A DNA stretch of 64,000 nucleotides from contig NC_068990.1 of the NCBI RefSeq assembly GCF_001194135.2, positions 10,083,736 through 10,147,735 of the forward strand, given 5' to 3'. The DNA is from Octopus bimaculoides. Its lineage: Eukaryota. Shown in pieces: positions 52,736-64,000 of the stretch. The notes below the pieces were generated by a model. It saw only the letters and a list, made by a program, of their open reading frames with translations. It did no database searches and was not told the origin of the DNA. The first letter of the stretch is position 1. Each line of letters begins with the position of its first letter. The translations under genes were made by a program, and so were the position numbers.

Positions 52736-55074
52736 ATTTACTATTATTGATAACGTTTTTGTAGTCACTAAAAGTGTGATATACAAAAAATAAATATTGC
52801 GTTTGATAGCTTTAGAGAGATTGCAGCTATGATGGAGTGAATCTAATATTGACCCCTGTAGATTATGAATAGTACTAATGGAAACGGTGTTGATAGAAAA
52901 ACTGTGGTAACTTTCGTTTCGGTACCCTTTATGAAATAATATGGGGTGTTGTATTGATGAATTTCATCTACTCTTCCAGAATCACTCCTCATAGAACATT
53001 TAAGGTGGTAAAAGCAATGTCGAAATAGATAATATTTTCCAGATGTAAAATTACATGAGAAGCAAACAGTCTGCGCCTTTCTAAGGTACTTACAATACAC
53101 TGTTCATTTTTGGTTTGCATCATTTCTGCGAGAGAACAAACCAGTTAAAATTAGTAAAATAAATACAATGATTTCACTTATGAAATATATAATGCGATAT
53201 TTATATAATACAAATCTTAGTTATATACATGTTGCTGCGTTTCACTGATTAGTGTACTATCTGACATTGTTTGCTAGCATAAATTTTGAAATTTTTGAGC
53301 CAGTATACAAAGGTTCTGTCGAAGACGACATTATTTTATGTAAATAATATTTTGATTTCTAAGCTTATATGCAGAGATATTAACCAGTGCGTAGTTATCA
53401 AACAATGCTTAGTTTCTATGCTTAAAGCAAGTGCATGCACATGGAGATGAACTAGTAAGTTCATTTCCATGTAGGTTTTAAACATTGGCGTGGTATGATG
53501 ATTAAGCCGCTGGTGTTTCGCTTTGATTCAACGTAAGCAACGAATAAGAAACTGGACATAAGCATTTTCCTGTATAAGTTAGCATTGTTAAATGTTGCGA
53601 ACCCCATTATAAGTAAACATTCTTATTTGATTATTCCGTTTCTATAGTGACTGCCATTTTAAAATCTCTACGCGCAGAAGTTTAATGAAACTGCAACATT
53701 CATATTCACATATACCCACTCGCATAAATAATAACGTATATGAATGAAAATATATAAACATATATCTAGACATTTATAAGTATCATAATTGTTGGGTTTT
53801 ATTCATTCATTTCAGATTATGTAAATTCACTTCCGCAAATATTCTGTTCTCTATTCTTAAAATTTCTTAAGGGAAATTGTTTGAAGGAGAAATCATTTGC
53901 ATAGTAAGATCACGTATTATAGAATCCTTATATAGAACTTAAGTAAGCGACCGGAGCTTGTAAAGGAGTATATTGAATAGAATGAATTGTATTTCCCACT
54001 TAATTGTTTCTACTGATAATGAAATATGTTTGCCATTAGCAAAATACAAGACATGGTTTGCAGGCTACTTCGCAGTCAGCACAGCGAAATTGACTCTTCA
54101 AAGAGCATTCATTGGTAAATTGTCAGTCGTACATCCTTGCAATCGCATGCATCTAAAACCGCTTTCTACACCTCCATGAAGCTCATGGGAAACGAGGAGA
54201 AGCGAACTTCTCGCAATCAGCACATTCATTGGCATCCGAACGAAAAGTGCTTGACTCTTACTGGAATATCTTTCTGATACTCAAAGTATTTCATGTATTT
54301 ACTGCCGTGGTATAATGATATATTTGCGGACAACGCAATTATGACAGGCACAATTGACAGTAGCGGAATCTGAGAAAGGAAGCACATAAAACAAGCTTAC
54401 ATTACACGCCCTAAAGATTTTGTTCGTTTCTTTTTACACGGCAGGGAATTTCATTTAGATCGTAGCCTTCATTTAGTTGGTTTACATATTACAACATCTA
54501 TTTAAAATTATTAAGACAGGTGTTAAACAGTGTTAAAGAGATACTGTATTATATATAGAACAAATCTAATATTATTAAATAAATCCGCCTTTTTTACTAC
54601 TTCATGAATTCATTTAAACGGTTCCTTGTTTAATTTAGTATGCTATCTCACAAGCAAATGATATTTCAGTTTCATGAAATAACATTACTAATGGTACTTA
54701 TATTTCATACAAGTCGGTTACAATTTGGAGCCGGAATTAGTAATAAGAAAGTGAATTGTATTTCGATGTCTATCGATTGCTGTGAACTAAACTAGAAACT
54801 TCATGATTACGAATATATAAAAGAATGCATCAATATTTAAGAGACATTTGTCATAAAATCAACCAGACAATTTAACATTTTAAATGGAGCAATATTTTTA
54901 TTTAATCTCTTAGTATATTTTTTTATAAGGACACGTTTACAATCACAATTAGGTCTTAAGTTTATAGTGTTCGTGTTTGTGCACGTATGAGTATGTATAT
55001 AGACTTACATACCCATTGGTACATACACTACATACATACATATACACACGCATGTATGTATGAATATAGACACA

Positions 55075-55121
<47 letters not shown>

Positions 55122-55185
55122 NNNNNNNNNNNNNNNNNNNNNNNNNNNNNNNNNNNNNNNNNNNNNNNNNNNNNNNNNNNNNNNN

Positions 55186-55250
<65 letters not shown>

Positions 55251-56399
55251 CACACACAGACACATATCTATATATATATAACTACCTAAGAATATGTACA
55301 CATTTTCATACATACTTGATTATATATACATATGTGTGATTGTATGTGTGCGCATGCATTGTCTATAATTCGACATTCTCAATTATCTATACGTTGACGT
55401 TCTTTCGTTCAGCCAAGGGAGATACATCATTATCTCCTTACTTTTTACACTTACACACTTTTTTATAATCCTCTTTCTCACTCTATCCCTGTTGTTCTGG
55501 GACTCGCTCGCTCTCTCTCTCTATGAATGCATGCATTTGCATGTTTGTATATCGGTAGTTAGCTACCTAGCGTATGTTAGATTGTACTTCATTAATAACG
55601 TACATCTATGAATACACGGTAAAGACCTGAAAGATTGTGAATATAATTCATGAATTACATATTGATTTTCCTTATATCTCGCACTCTTTTCTCGATATTT
55701 CTATTCCCTCTCCAAGACTATACCGCTCCAACCCCCAAAATAAAAATATGCACAGAATACGCTATGATCATACTTAGCAAGAATAACACTGACCCCTCCA
55801 CCTACACTCTGGCGTGATAACATCTAAAAGTGAGGTGGAGCCAATGAAATGCACTAGAAATTCTGATACAAAGCAATTCTGTCTTGTAATACTAAAATTC
55901 GCATTAGGAGTAAATATGTTACTGAATAAACCGAAGCCAGCTTTTGAAGTCATTTTAGTTGTGATCATCCTCTTCAGATAAACTATCGGAATTCATAAAC
56001 AGATATTTTTGGCTAAATGTCAACCTGTAAATTGCTAGTTATACTTTCGTGGTATGGTATGCGGTAGGGGAAATATTATCGAAAATAATACAAATGTATA
56101 TGTGCACAGATTTTATTGGCATGAAATCAAATCTCAACTCAAAGCCACACATGTATTTAAATAGTAATGTTGTAGAATACTACTGAGAGCATAGGTTTTC
56201 AGGATTCTATTTTGATATTATGAAGCAAGACGGTGAGGACTGGAGACATACGATAAGAAAAAGATTTAATAAAGTACGTGATCTTGATAGTAAAAGTATG
56301 TTTGTGATATCAATAAAATAGGAACTCCACACATCGACATTATGTGTGTATATAATCAGATGAACACGTGACAGACCAGACAATCGAATATTTTTGCAC

Positions 56400-56625
56400 A
56401 TCTCTGGCTACAATGCTGTTTGCATCATTTATCACCTTCGAATGACGTCATCCCGCTAACTATGCGATCAGGACAACATTTCACCTTGATTTAAAGGATG
56501 ACTGGAGCAACGTAAAGAGAGGCGTTTTGCTCAAGAACACAACGTGTAGTCCAATCTGGGAATCGAACCCACGATCTAGGGTTCATTAGTGCAACATCCT
56601 AACCTCTAGGTCACATACCTTCCAG
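56400..56625 (-). mobile_element. tRNA-derived CORE-like SINE
   Basis: tggagcaacg...ttttgctcaagaacacaacg (CORE-like) and gggaatcgaaccc (the reverse complement gives the B-box ggttcgattccc), ending ctaacctctaggtcacatacc. Confidence 0.8.
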
Positions 56626-56899
56626 AATGTATGATACAACTAATAATATATTAATCGTCTAATTTAATACAAATAGTGAATTAATATTTACCTGTCAAAG
56701 AGTCAATGTCACAAGTCGATACTCACCTGGTTTATGTCCGCAAAGCAAATACGATTTTTGTGGTTTTTCTCACTGTTTACAAATATCTTTAAAAAAAGAA
56801 TTTAATATATTATATAGATATAAATTTTGTCGGTGAATCCGAATTTGTTATTCATATATTCCAGAAAAAGTTTTGAAAAACGTTACAGGTGTTCAAAGT

Positions 56900-57420
56900 T
56901 TGATAATTTTCAGAATTTTCAGCTAATCAGAAAACAGCGCTTCCGACGCCTCTTCCATCATCAGGGCAGCTGGAAGTTCATCAGCATGTCCAAACATTAA
57001 ATTAGCTACAGTAAACGGAAAAATACATGGAAACATCCGCGAGCAAATTAAATATTTAAAAGCTACGAACAAACCAACAGGAGTTGCTAGGAATAACAGT
57101 CAAAACATTAAAATATACACGAGCAAAATAAACAGTCAAAACTGAAAAACATTAGTGAGCAAATTAAATATTTAAAAGCTACGAGTTTACCAATAGGAGT
57201 TGCTAGATATAACAGTCAAAACATTGCTTAAAACAGACATTTATTAGTTTAAAAAATTCAAGAACGAAAGTTTGCCATACTCTCTACGATTTTATGAAAT
57301 AAGTCATCTTTCTCTTATGTCCTTCTCCACATAAATTCACAAAGATAAGAGTTAAACATGGAACGGTGTATCGCACACCGGCGTATGTTTCCACGCTTTA
57401 AAGACGCCTAGGTACTCTCA
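56900..57420 (-). mobile_element. Probable Penelope-like 3' end (endonuclease tail plus pLTR with internal duplication)
   Basis: Minus-strand CGEG...RER*LIS...FLNFLN resembles a GIY-YIG C-terminus. It is followed by a non-coding segment with 69-bp direct repeats (57041-57109, 57157-57225) and a degenerate CTGATGA...GGAAGC motif. Confidence 0.4.
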
Positions 57421-58199
57421 ATTTGTTGATTATAATCAATATGGTGATTAACCTCCTTGTGCACATGCGCAGCATTTTTGGTTAATATGGAAACAGTTAT
57501 TCGCCACGGTTTGTAAAATACTCCCTTCGTATTGGCTAAAATCACCAGAATTTTGCAAATTTTACAGGCTAATAACTTTTAATTCTGGATTTATAGGAAA
57601 CAATTTTATTTCCATAATTAGTATACGAAACAATCCATATGCCAAATTTAAAATCAATTGGAACGAAATTGTAAACAGTGATGAAAACCACAACGATCTA
57701 GCAAATAGTTTGATTGGCTTGGAAATATATTAGGTAAGCATTCAAACTCCAACACTACCCTTACTATACAAGACACACACACTTACTGATCCATACCTGG
57801 TACTCCGCGAGCGACACTTCGAAGTATACTGAACGGAAGTAAAATAATTTTATTTATCCAGTCAAAATTTTGAAACAACTATTCCCGTCCAGTAATTTAT
57901 TTTTGAGATGATGTTACTGGTATTGACTTCCAGTCTGTGTATTTTTTGATTGTTCAGATTTCCTGTTTATGTATAAATATAAATATGTGCATGTGTGTGT
58001 GTTTATGTGTGTCAATGTTTGTATTTATTTGTATATACAGAGTGTGGTCTAAAAGGCTAAATTTATCGTTGTAGTCATTTTGAATGCTAAGAGGAAGCAT
58101 CCAGAGTCTCTTTTCTGTACAGGGTTAAGTATATCCATCTGCCATGCAAGAAACCGAGGTCTGATCCCCTGTCGACGAGGCACTTGTATTCTTTTTACA

Positions 58200-58365
58200 C
58201 GCAGGTGGAGATCGGCGGTAAGATGTTTGCTTCTGAACAACATGGGTTTGGGTTCAATCACACTGTAGTGCAATTGCGAAGGTATTTTGTACTGTAGGCT
58301 CTGAACTACCAGATCTTCGCGAGTGTATTTCCCACGGACAGAAATTGAACGACATGCACCATACC

Positions 58366-58414
<49 letters not shown>

Positions 58415-58545
58415 CACCCATACTTATATCTGTATATATATTGAAGTGTGTATGTTTTTATGTCATTTTATTTGTCCCCTCCAATAAGTTACAACATGTG
58501 TAGGTGAGTTTGCAATTCAGTAGTTCGGCAAACAGGAAGAAAATG
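58200..58545 (+). mobile_element. Bipartite SINE: tRNA/CORE head, internal (TA)n microsatellite, degraded tail
   Basis: cggtaagatgtttgcttctgaacaacatgggtttgggttcaatcacactg (A/B-box head), CORE-like body, (TA)n at 58367-58410, then tttgtcccctcc...gttcggcaaa matching the tail at 23685 and 26860. Confidence 0.75.
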
Positions 58546-60079
58546 GAGAAAGATAGATGTATGAATAATTTATTTGTATGATATAAAGATGTTGAAATTA
58601 AAAAAAATACATAGGAGCTGGAACTGAAACATCTATGTAGGTTTTATCACATCTCCCATTTACTTTTTGAGCTTTAAACTTCTAACTTATGTGTATAGTG
58701 ATTGTTTTTTAAAAAAATATTATCTTTATATCATACAGATAAACTATTCATACGTCCATGTATCTCCATCTTCCTTTCGAGATTAATATGTATTTACTAC
58801 AATAATCCCTGACATCGTTGAGACTTTCTCATTATATGATATCGATTAACCAGTGGAGCTCTTTTGATTATAATCCCTAATGTGGATCTAACTTCTTCGA
58901 ATTGACTATATATATGTGTGTGTGTATAATACTTTTACCTATAAAATGTATTGCAACGGAAACTACTATAAGCAGGTAATATCAATTTCTAAACAATAAG
59001 CGAAGCATTTGTGTCTTAGTAAATTATTGCGACAACAAACATCTGCATCAATGTATAAAGCTACTTCTGAACAGAGATATTGTTCATGATCAACTGGGAA
59101 AGCATAAGTTTGGGAAAAGGTCAAAAGTCAATGACCCTTGGTCTAACTTTGCGTATCCAGTAAATATCATCCCACATTCTTTTCAGTCTATTTGGATAAG
59201 TATCTTTTCTTAGAGAATGGTGTTATTGTTTTTACTGTTAGGTCGTATCACTGTATAAATGCCCTTTAATTTACTACCAGTTTTCGTGCAATGTAATCTT
59301 CGCATTGCAAAGAAGCACTTGATTTCATTCTTATAACAAACACTTGTTGGCAACATATTATCGTTTCTATAAATCTCCGTATTTAAAGAAGGATAGCAGT
59401 GTATATCAAAGTATTTTACTGATGTATTGACAAAGTAACTTTATACGAATTGCTATGCAGTTAATCGATGTCGGTATGCGCAAAATCCAAAAAATATCTA
59501 AGCGCGTATGTATTCAAGTCTACATACCTTACTTCATGATAAACAATAAAAAGATGGGATCAGAAGTTCACTTATTACAAAGTTATTGACATAATTGATT
59601 ACATATAACTTTCTTACACGTTTACTTCTGAATTTGAATTTTCGGTATGATACGAAATCGAGTGAAACTTGATTTGTTTTTCTCTTTATAATACTCAATG
59701 GAAGAATGTTTAAAGTAAACAGAATAAAATCCGAAAAGCCATAATGGAATATATTATAAAATGAAATCTTGCATTGAATATATTATAAAATAAAGGCTTG
59801 CATATATTTGTCCTATTAAAACTGATATCATCAAATTTTATGCAGTTATATGATATATAATTGTTTCTGTTCGCTGAAAATTCCACGATTGGTACAACAA
59901 TCATTTCACTATGATCAACTAGCGTGAGTAATTATCGAAATTTTATGGTTTTGAATAGTAGTTTTTGATCAAATGCATAGTTCCAAGTCTTGAACATATT
60001 ACGCGTTCATTCTCCAAAGTTTATTGAAATGATCCTTTGTTACATATTGATTATGTAATATGCATTTGCACCAACGTTA

Positions 60080-61290
60080 CACAGGGTGGAGCAATGGTGA
60101 CGGACCTTTTTGAAACGGTTATTACTTAGCCCCATAAGAGGGGAACATGTGCAACAGGTACCATTTATCTCGTTTTTATTCTTTTAGCATGTTGTCTTCC
60201 TTTTCAGATGAAGCCATGGCACTGTGGATGATAGAGCATCACCTGTTTGCCTACGACATTTACGTGAAGAATAACGTGTCTGTCACAGTGTGAATTTCGC
60301 CGCCACTTCAACATTCACCAAAATCAGGTTATTGCTACCTGTAACACAATCTTACTTTGACTGAATACACTTCGCACATGAGGTACACGTGGGGACGCCA
60401 GAAATGGTAAAGATCCCTGAAAATGTGGAACGCGTCAGATTGGAGTTAGAATGGTTTTGTTTAGAGGTAATCCACGGAGCTTGGCATCGGTAATCGATAG
60501 GTAAGGCGTAGTTTGCTTGGAGACGGTACAAATTTGTCATTGCGCAATAGTTAAAAGAAGCAATTGTTGAGGCAAAAGACAACCTCATTTTATTAACAAG
60601 TGACGAAACTCAATGGCGTGGTGAATCAAAAGAACTGTCGTTATTGGACACTTGAATATTCTAGAGAACTACTTGAAATACAACTTCACAACCCAAACAT
60701 GACGGTCTGTTGTGCTGTTGAAAATGCTGCAGTCATTGGTCCTTACTTTTGAAAACCATAATTGAGATACCGTTACTGTGAACTCCAAGCGTTACATCGA
60801 AATGATAAACAACTTTCTTTGTGCCTGAATTACAACAAAAACGTATGCCTATTCCACGTGTGTGGTTTCAGCAGGATGGGTAACGGCCCACATAGCCAGA
60901 GCATCAAAGGATGTTCTTCGCCTTCTCTTCGGTCGCGCCTTATTTCCAGGTTTGCTGACATTCCTTAGGCTCCTCGGTCCCCATATTTGTCCAAGTGTGA
61001 TTACGTCTTGTGGAGAAACCTCAAAGCACGTGTGCATGGATATAAGCCCCATACATTGGATGATTTGAATGAAGCTATTCGCGTGGAAGTTGCCCAAATT
61101 GATAAAGCAATGCTGGAGAGAGTGGAGACCAACTTCTAAGAACTCTTCAGAAATGCATCAGAGAAAACGGCCACCACATGCGGGATGTTGTATTCTACAC
61201 GGGATATTGAAAAATGCTAAATCAGTACGAACACATTGATGTCAATCTCAGAGTATAGGCTATAGATTTACAGACTTTTGGACGGATACA
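60080..61290 (+). mobile_element. Near full-length decayed DD41D (rosa-type) Tc1/mariner transposon
   Basis: TA-CACAGGGTGG left end. N-terminal IEHHLFAYDIYVKNN..EFRRHFNIHQN (DUF4817-like HTH), SDET, VIGPYF, TVNSKRYIEMINNF, WFQQDGVTAH and IP*APRSPYLSKCD. The spacing between the second and third D is 41 after correcting one frameshift. Confidence 0.88.
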
Positions 61291-63084
61291 TATCTTGAGG
61301 CATTTGTTCAGTTTATTTCCTTTGTATTTCAAATTCCACCGAAGATAACTTCGTCGTTTACCACTGTGGTTAGAGTAAAGCAAAAGCAAAAGAACGTGCA
61401 AGTATTCTTGTTCACAGATTCAGAAATGTTTGCTAAGTGCAGCTGTTCTTGGAGGATTGTAATCTTTGAACATACTCGTCAATAACAAATGCAGCAATCA
61501 TTGTATATTGAGTGTTAATTTGGAGAAAATTTTATTAAGTATTGCCTGCATGGCGAAAGCCAAAATTATTTTGAAAGAATTCCCAAGGAGCGCAAGTTTA
61601 GACAAATTGGGTTATTTGACTGTTAGTTTCTGTTTTCATGTGTTAGTCTCGTTGCCATGTGATATTTCTGGTCTTTTATTTTCGAGTGAATTACCTGCGT
61701 TTATTTGCTTTGGAGTTTCTGTCAACTGAGTTACTAAGATGTGTGACACAACATGTGAAATCTAAATTGTAGTTATTATTTTTTTAAATTATTTACGATG
61801 AATGACAGTTTTGAATGAGGTACCAAATATTGAATATCTGATTATTGAAATATGTGTGAAGTATTACAAAAGATGCGCCAGTGCAACCATTACTATCGAC
61901 ATTACCTGATATGATTCATTATAAACAATATGAAACCTGGTACTATTTTGGCGTATATTCATGAAATTCTTCCGTTTTAAGGAGACACATTGATTTTAAA
62001 ATTAACTATTCTTCTCCATTGATTGCATGCTATTTCTCTCGGTATATATGTAATTATAGAAATACCTTTACGTCATATTTATTATAATGCATTATGTTTA
62101 TAGTGTTTCATTTCTATAGATTACTTACATGACCAGGCTCAGTTCAATCATTGTCTCATTATATGAATATATTCAAACAATATATACTATGTAAATCTAT
62201 GTACTCCTATTTACAATTTTATCTAAAAGTCACGTGTACACGTGTATGCAGTCTGTTAATTCAAATTCAAAATATTCTCTAAACGCATTGAATAAACGAT
62301 TCCACTAAGAACCAAATGTATGTAATTATACAAGTATTGGACAATAACTCCAAGCAATTTCACTGATATTTCTAACAAAGTTATGATATAAAGGAATTAC
62401 AAAATAGGATTCTTTCAACGTAATAGAAAATAAGATAGTGTTGCATGCGGGCAACTACCATAGAAATCATGCACTGCTTGAAAAGAAAATTAGATGCATT
62501 ATGATATACATTAGGACAGCAACCGTCGGTATTGGAATTTCAAAATTTATATTGTCAAAAGAACGAATGGAAGTGAAAACAACTGTATTTTTATAATCAC
62601 TTCCGGAAAGATATTACCAAATCACCAGGTACATATATACAACATTACCGCGTCTACTTAGCATGTTTACAGTCAAGTAGTTTTTAAGATGAAAAACAAA
62701 ACAGAATGAAAATGGAATCTTACATGCAGCGTTTTCTTCTAGAATATATACGTACAATACAATTGATTTATTGTGTATTTCAAATCAGCCTTCAGTAAAA
62801 CTTCGCAATGCATTCACATACATATACACAGACACATACTAAATTTTTGAATTAATTATTGTAAATACGCACAGTTTACCGATAATCAGAAAACAATTAA
62901 TTTGAATTTAGTAAACATGTGAAATTAAATACTGTCTTCTGAAATTTACTAGATTAAATGTAATAATTTCTTTCCAGGCAGACTTGTATATCTCACGTTT
63001 TCGGTACAAATGCAGGGTTTTGTTGCCTTCCCGTTAAAAAACATTGTGTGCGCACAAGCACTCTCACACACACGTGTTTTGCTT

Positions 63085-63690
63085 CACTATATGCAAGCCC
63101 AGTAGCACCAGATTTCGTCACCAGTGATGACCTTCGACAAAAAGGCCGGATCACGTTCCAGCTGCTGTTTTAGTTTACGACACATATTCAGCTGCGATTT
63201 CTGTTGATCTTGCGTGAGCAGGCGGGGCACATTTTCTGCAACTCTTTTCATTCGCAATTCTTCGCTCCAAATTCGCTCAAAATTCGAACAGTTCGTTAAC
63301 TGTTCGATACCGGTTGTCCACGTTCATTTCGTGCATTTTCGTGGTACTTTCATTCGTGCGGGAGGTCAACGATGGCCCTGAACGAGTTTTATCCTCAAGC
63401 GACAAATGTCCATTCCTAAAGCGTGGAAACCACTCGTAAACTTACAGCGTCCTTGTATGATATTTAATGCATGACCACTGTTTTGAACAACCGTTTTCCA
63501 CAGCAGAAAACGACATTCCACGAATGTATGCTGTTCCTTCGTTTCATACATCGAAAAAAAAAACCAGGAACAGGGGAAATGCACTGCAAAACAAAGACGC
63601 ACCAAGTGGTAGTATTACCGCACAGGAAGACGCCAGTAGTTGCATCGAGTGGCCACTAGCATTGGAAGCCTGAACTATAATTGGCTTAAT
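63085..63690 (-). mobile_element. 5' half of a decayed mariner transposon
   Basis: EQHTFVECRFLLWKT (EQRVCVKFCFLLGKT-like), YEWFPRFRNGHLSLEDKTRSGPS, VPRLLTQDQQKSQLNMCRKLKQQLERDPAFLSKVITGDEIWCY. Confidence 0.9.
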
Positions 63691-63699
63691 ACAGTTTTA

Positions 63700-64000
<301 letters not shown>

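Noticed and set aside
56930-56990. Two CTGATGA words and a GGAAGC on the minus strand
   Set aside because: The core has at least three substitutions and stem I does not pair; at most a dead relic.
57430-57720. Possible non-autonomous DNA transposon (MITE-like) segment
   Set aside because: I could not identify paired TIRs or a TSD within the window.
61300-61730. Minus-strand frame with LALLGNSFKII...LLHLLL, reminiscent of GPCR TM1-TM2, and a plus-strand 87-aa ORF
   Set aside because: Four stops in about 150 codons, motif spacing too long, and no further GPCR motifs (DRY, NPxxY); likely chance.

Overview
AT-rich, microsatellite-dense metazoan non-coding DNA from a gapped short-read assembly, with 17 N-runs totalling about 7.7 kb, most abutting (TA)n or other simple repeats. 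The SINE and repeat families look like those of a coleoid cephalopod (Octopus-like); this is inferred from sequence recognition, not a database search. I cannot support any intact host CDS, tRNA, rRNA or CRISPR array, and the long ORFs in the track are gap or microsatellite artefacts. The window is a graveyard of mobile elements: R4/Dong-clade non-LTR retrotransposon fragments (several embedded in or tailed by (AAT)n), Penelope-like (GIY-YIG) fragments and pseudo-LTRs, decayed Tc1/mariner transposons (three mariner-type, one Tc1 with IR/DR ends, one DD41D rosa-type, one maT-like) and many tRNA-derived SINEs. The signal not shown by the ORF track is a set of minimal type I hammerhead ribozyme motifs from several sequence families. 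One at 26304-26371 has a fully canonical core, and it lies about 400 nt downstream of a second hammerhead on the same strand.
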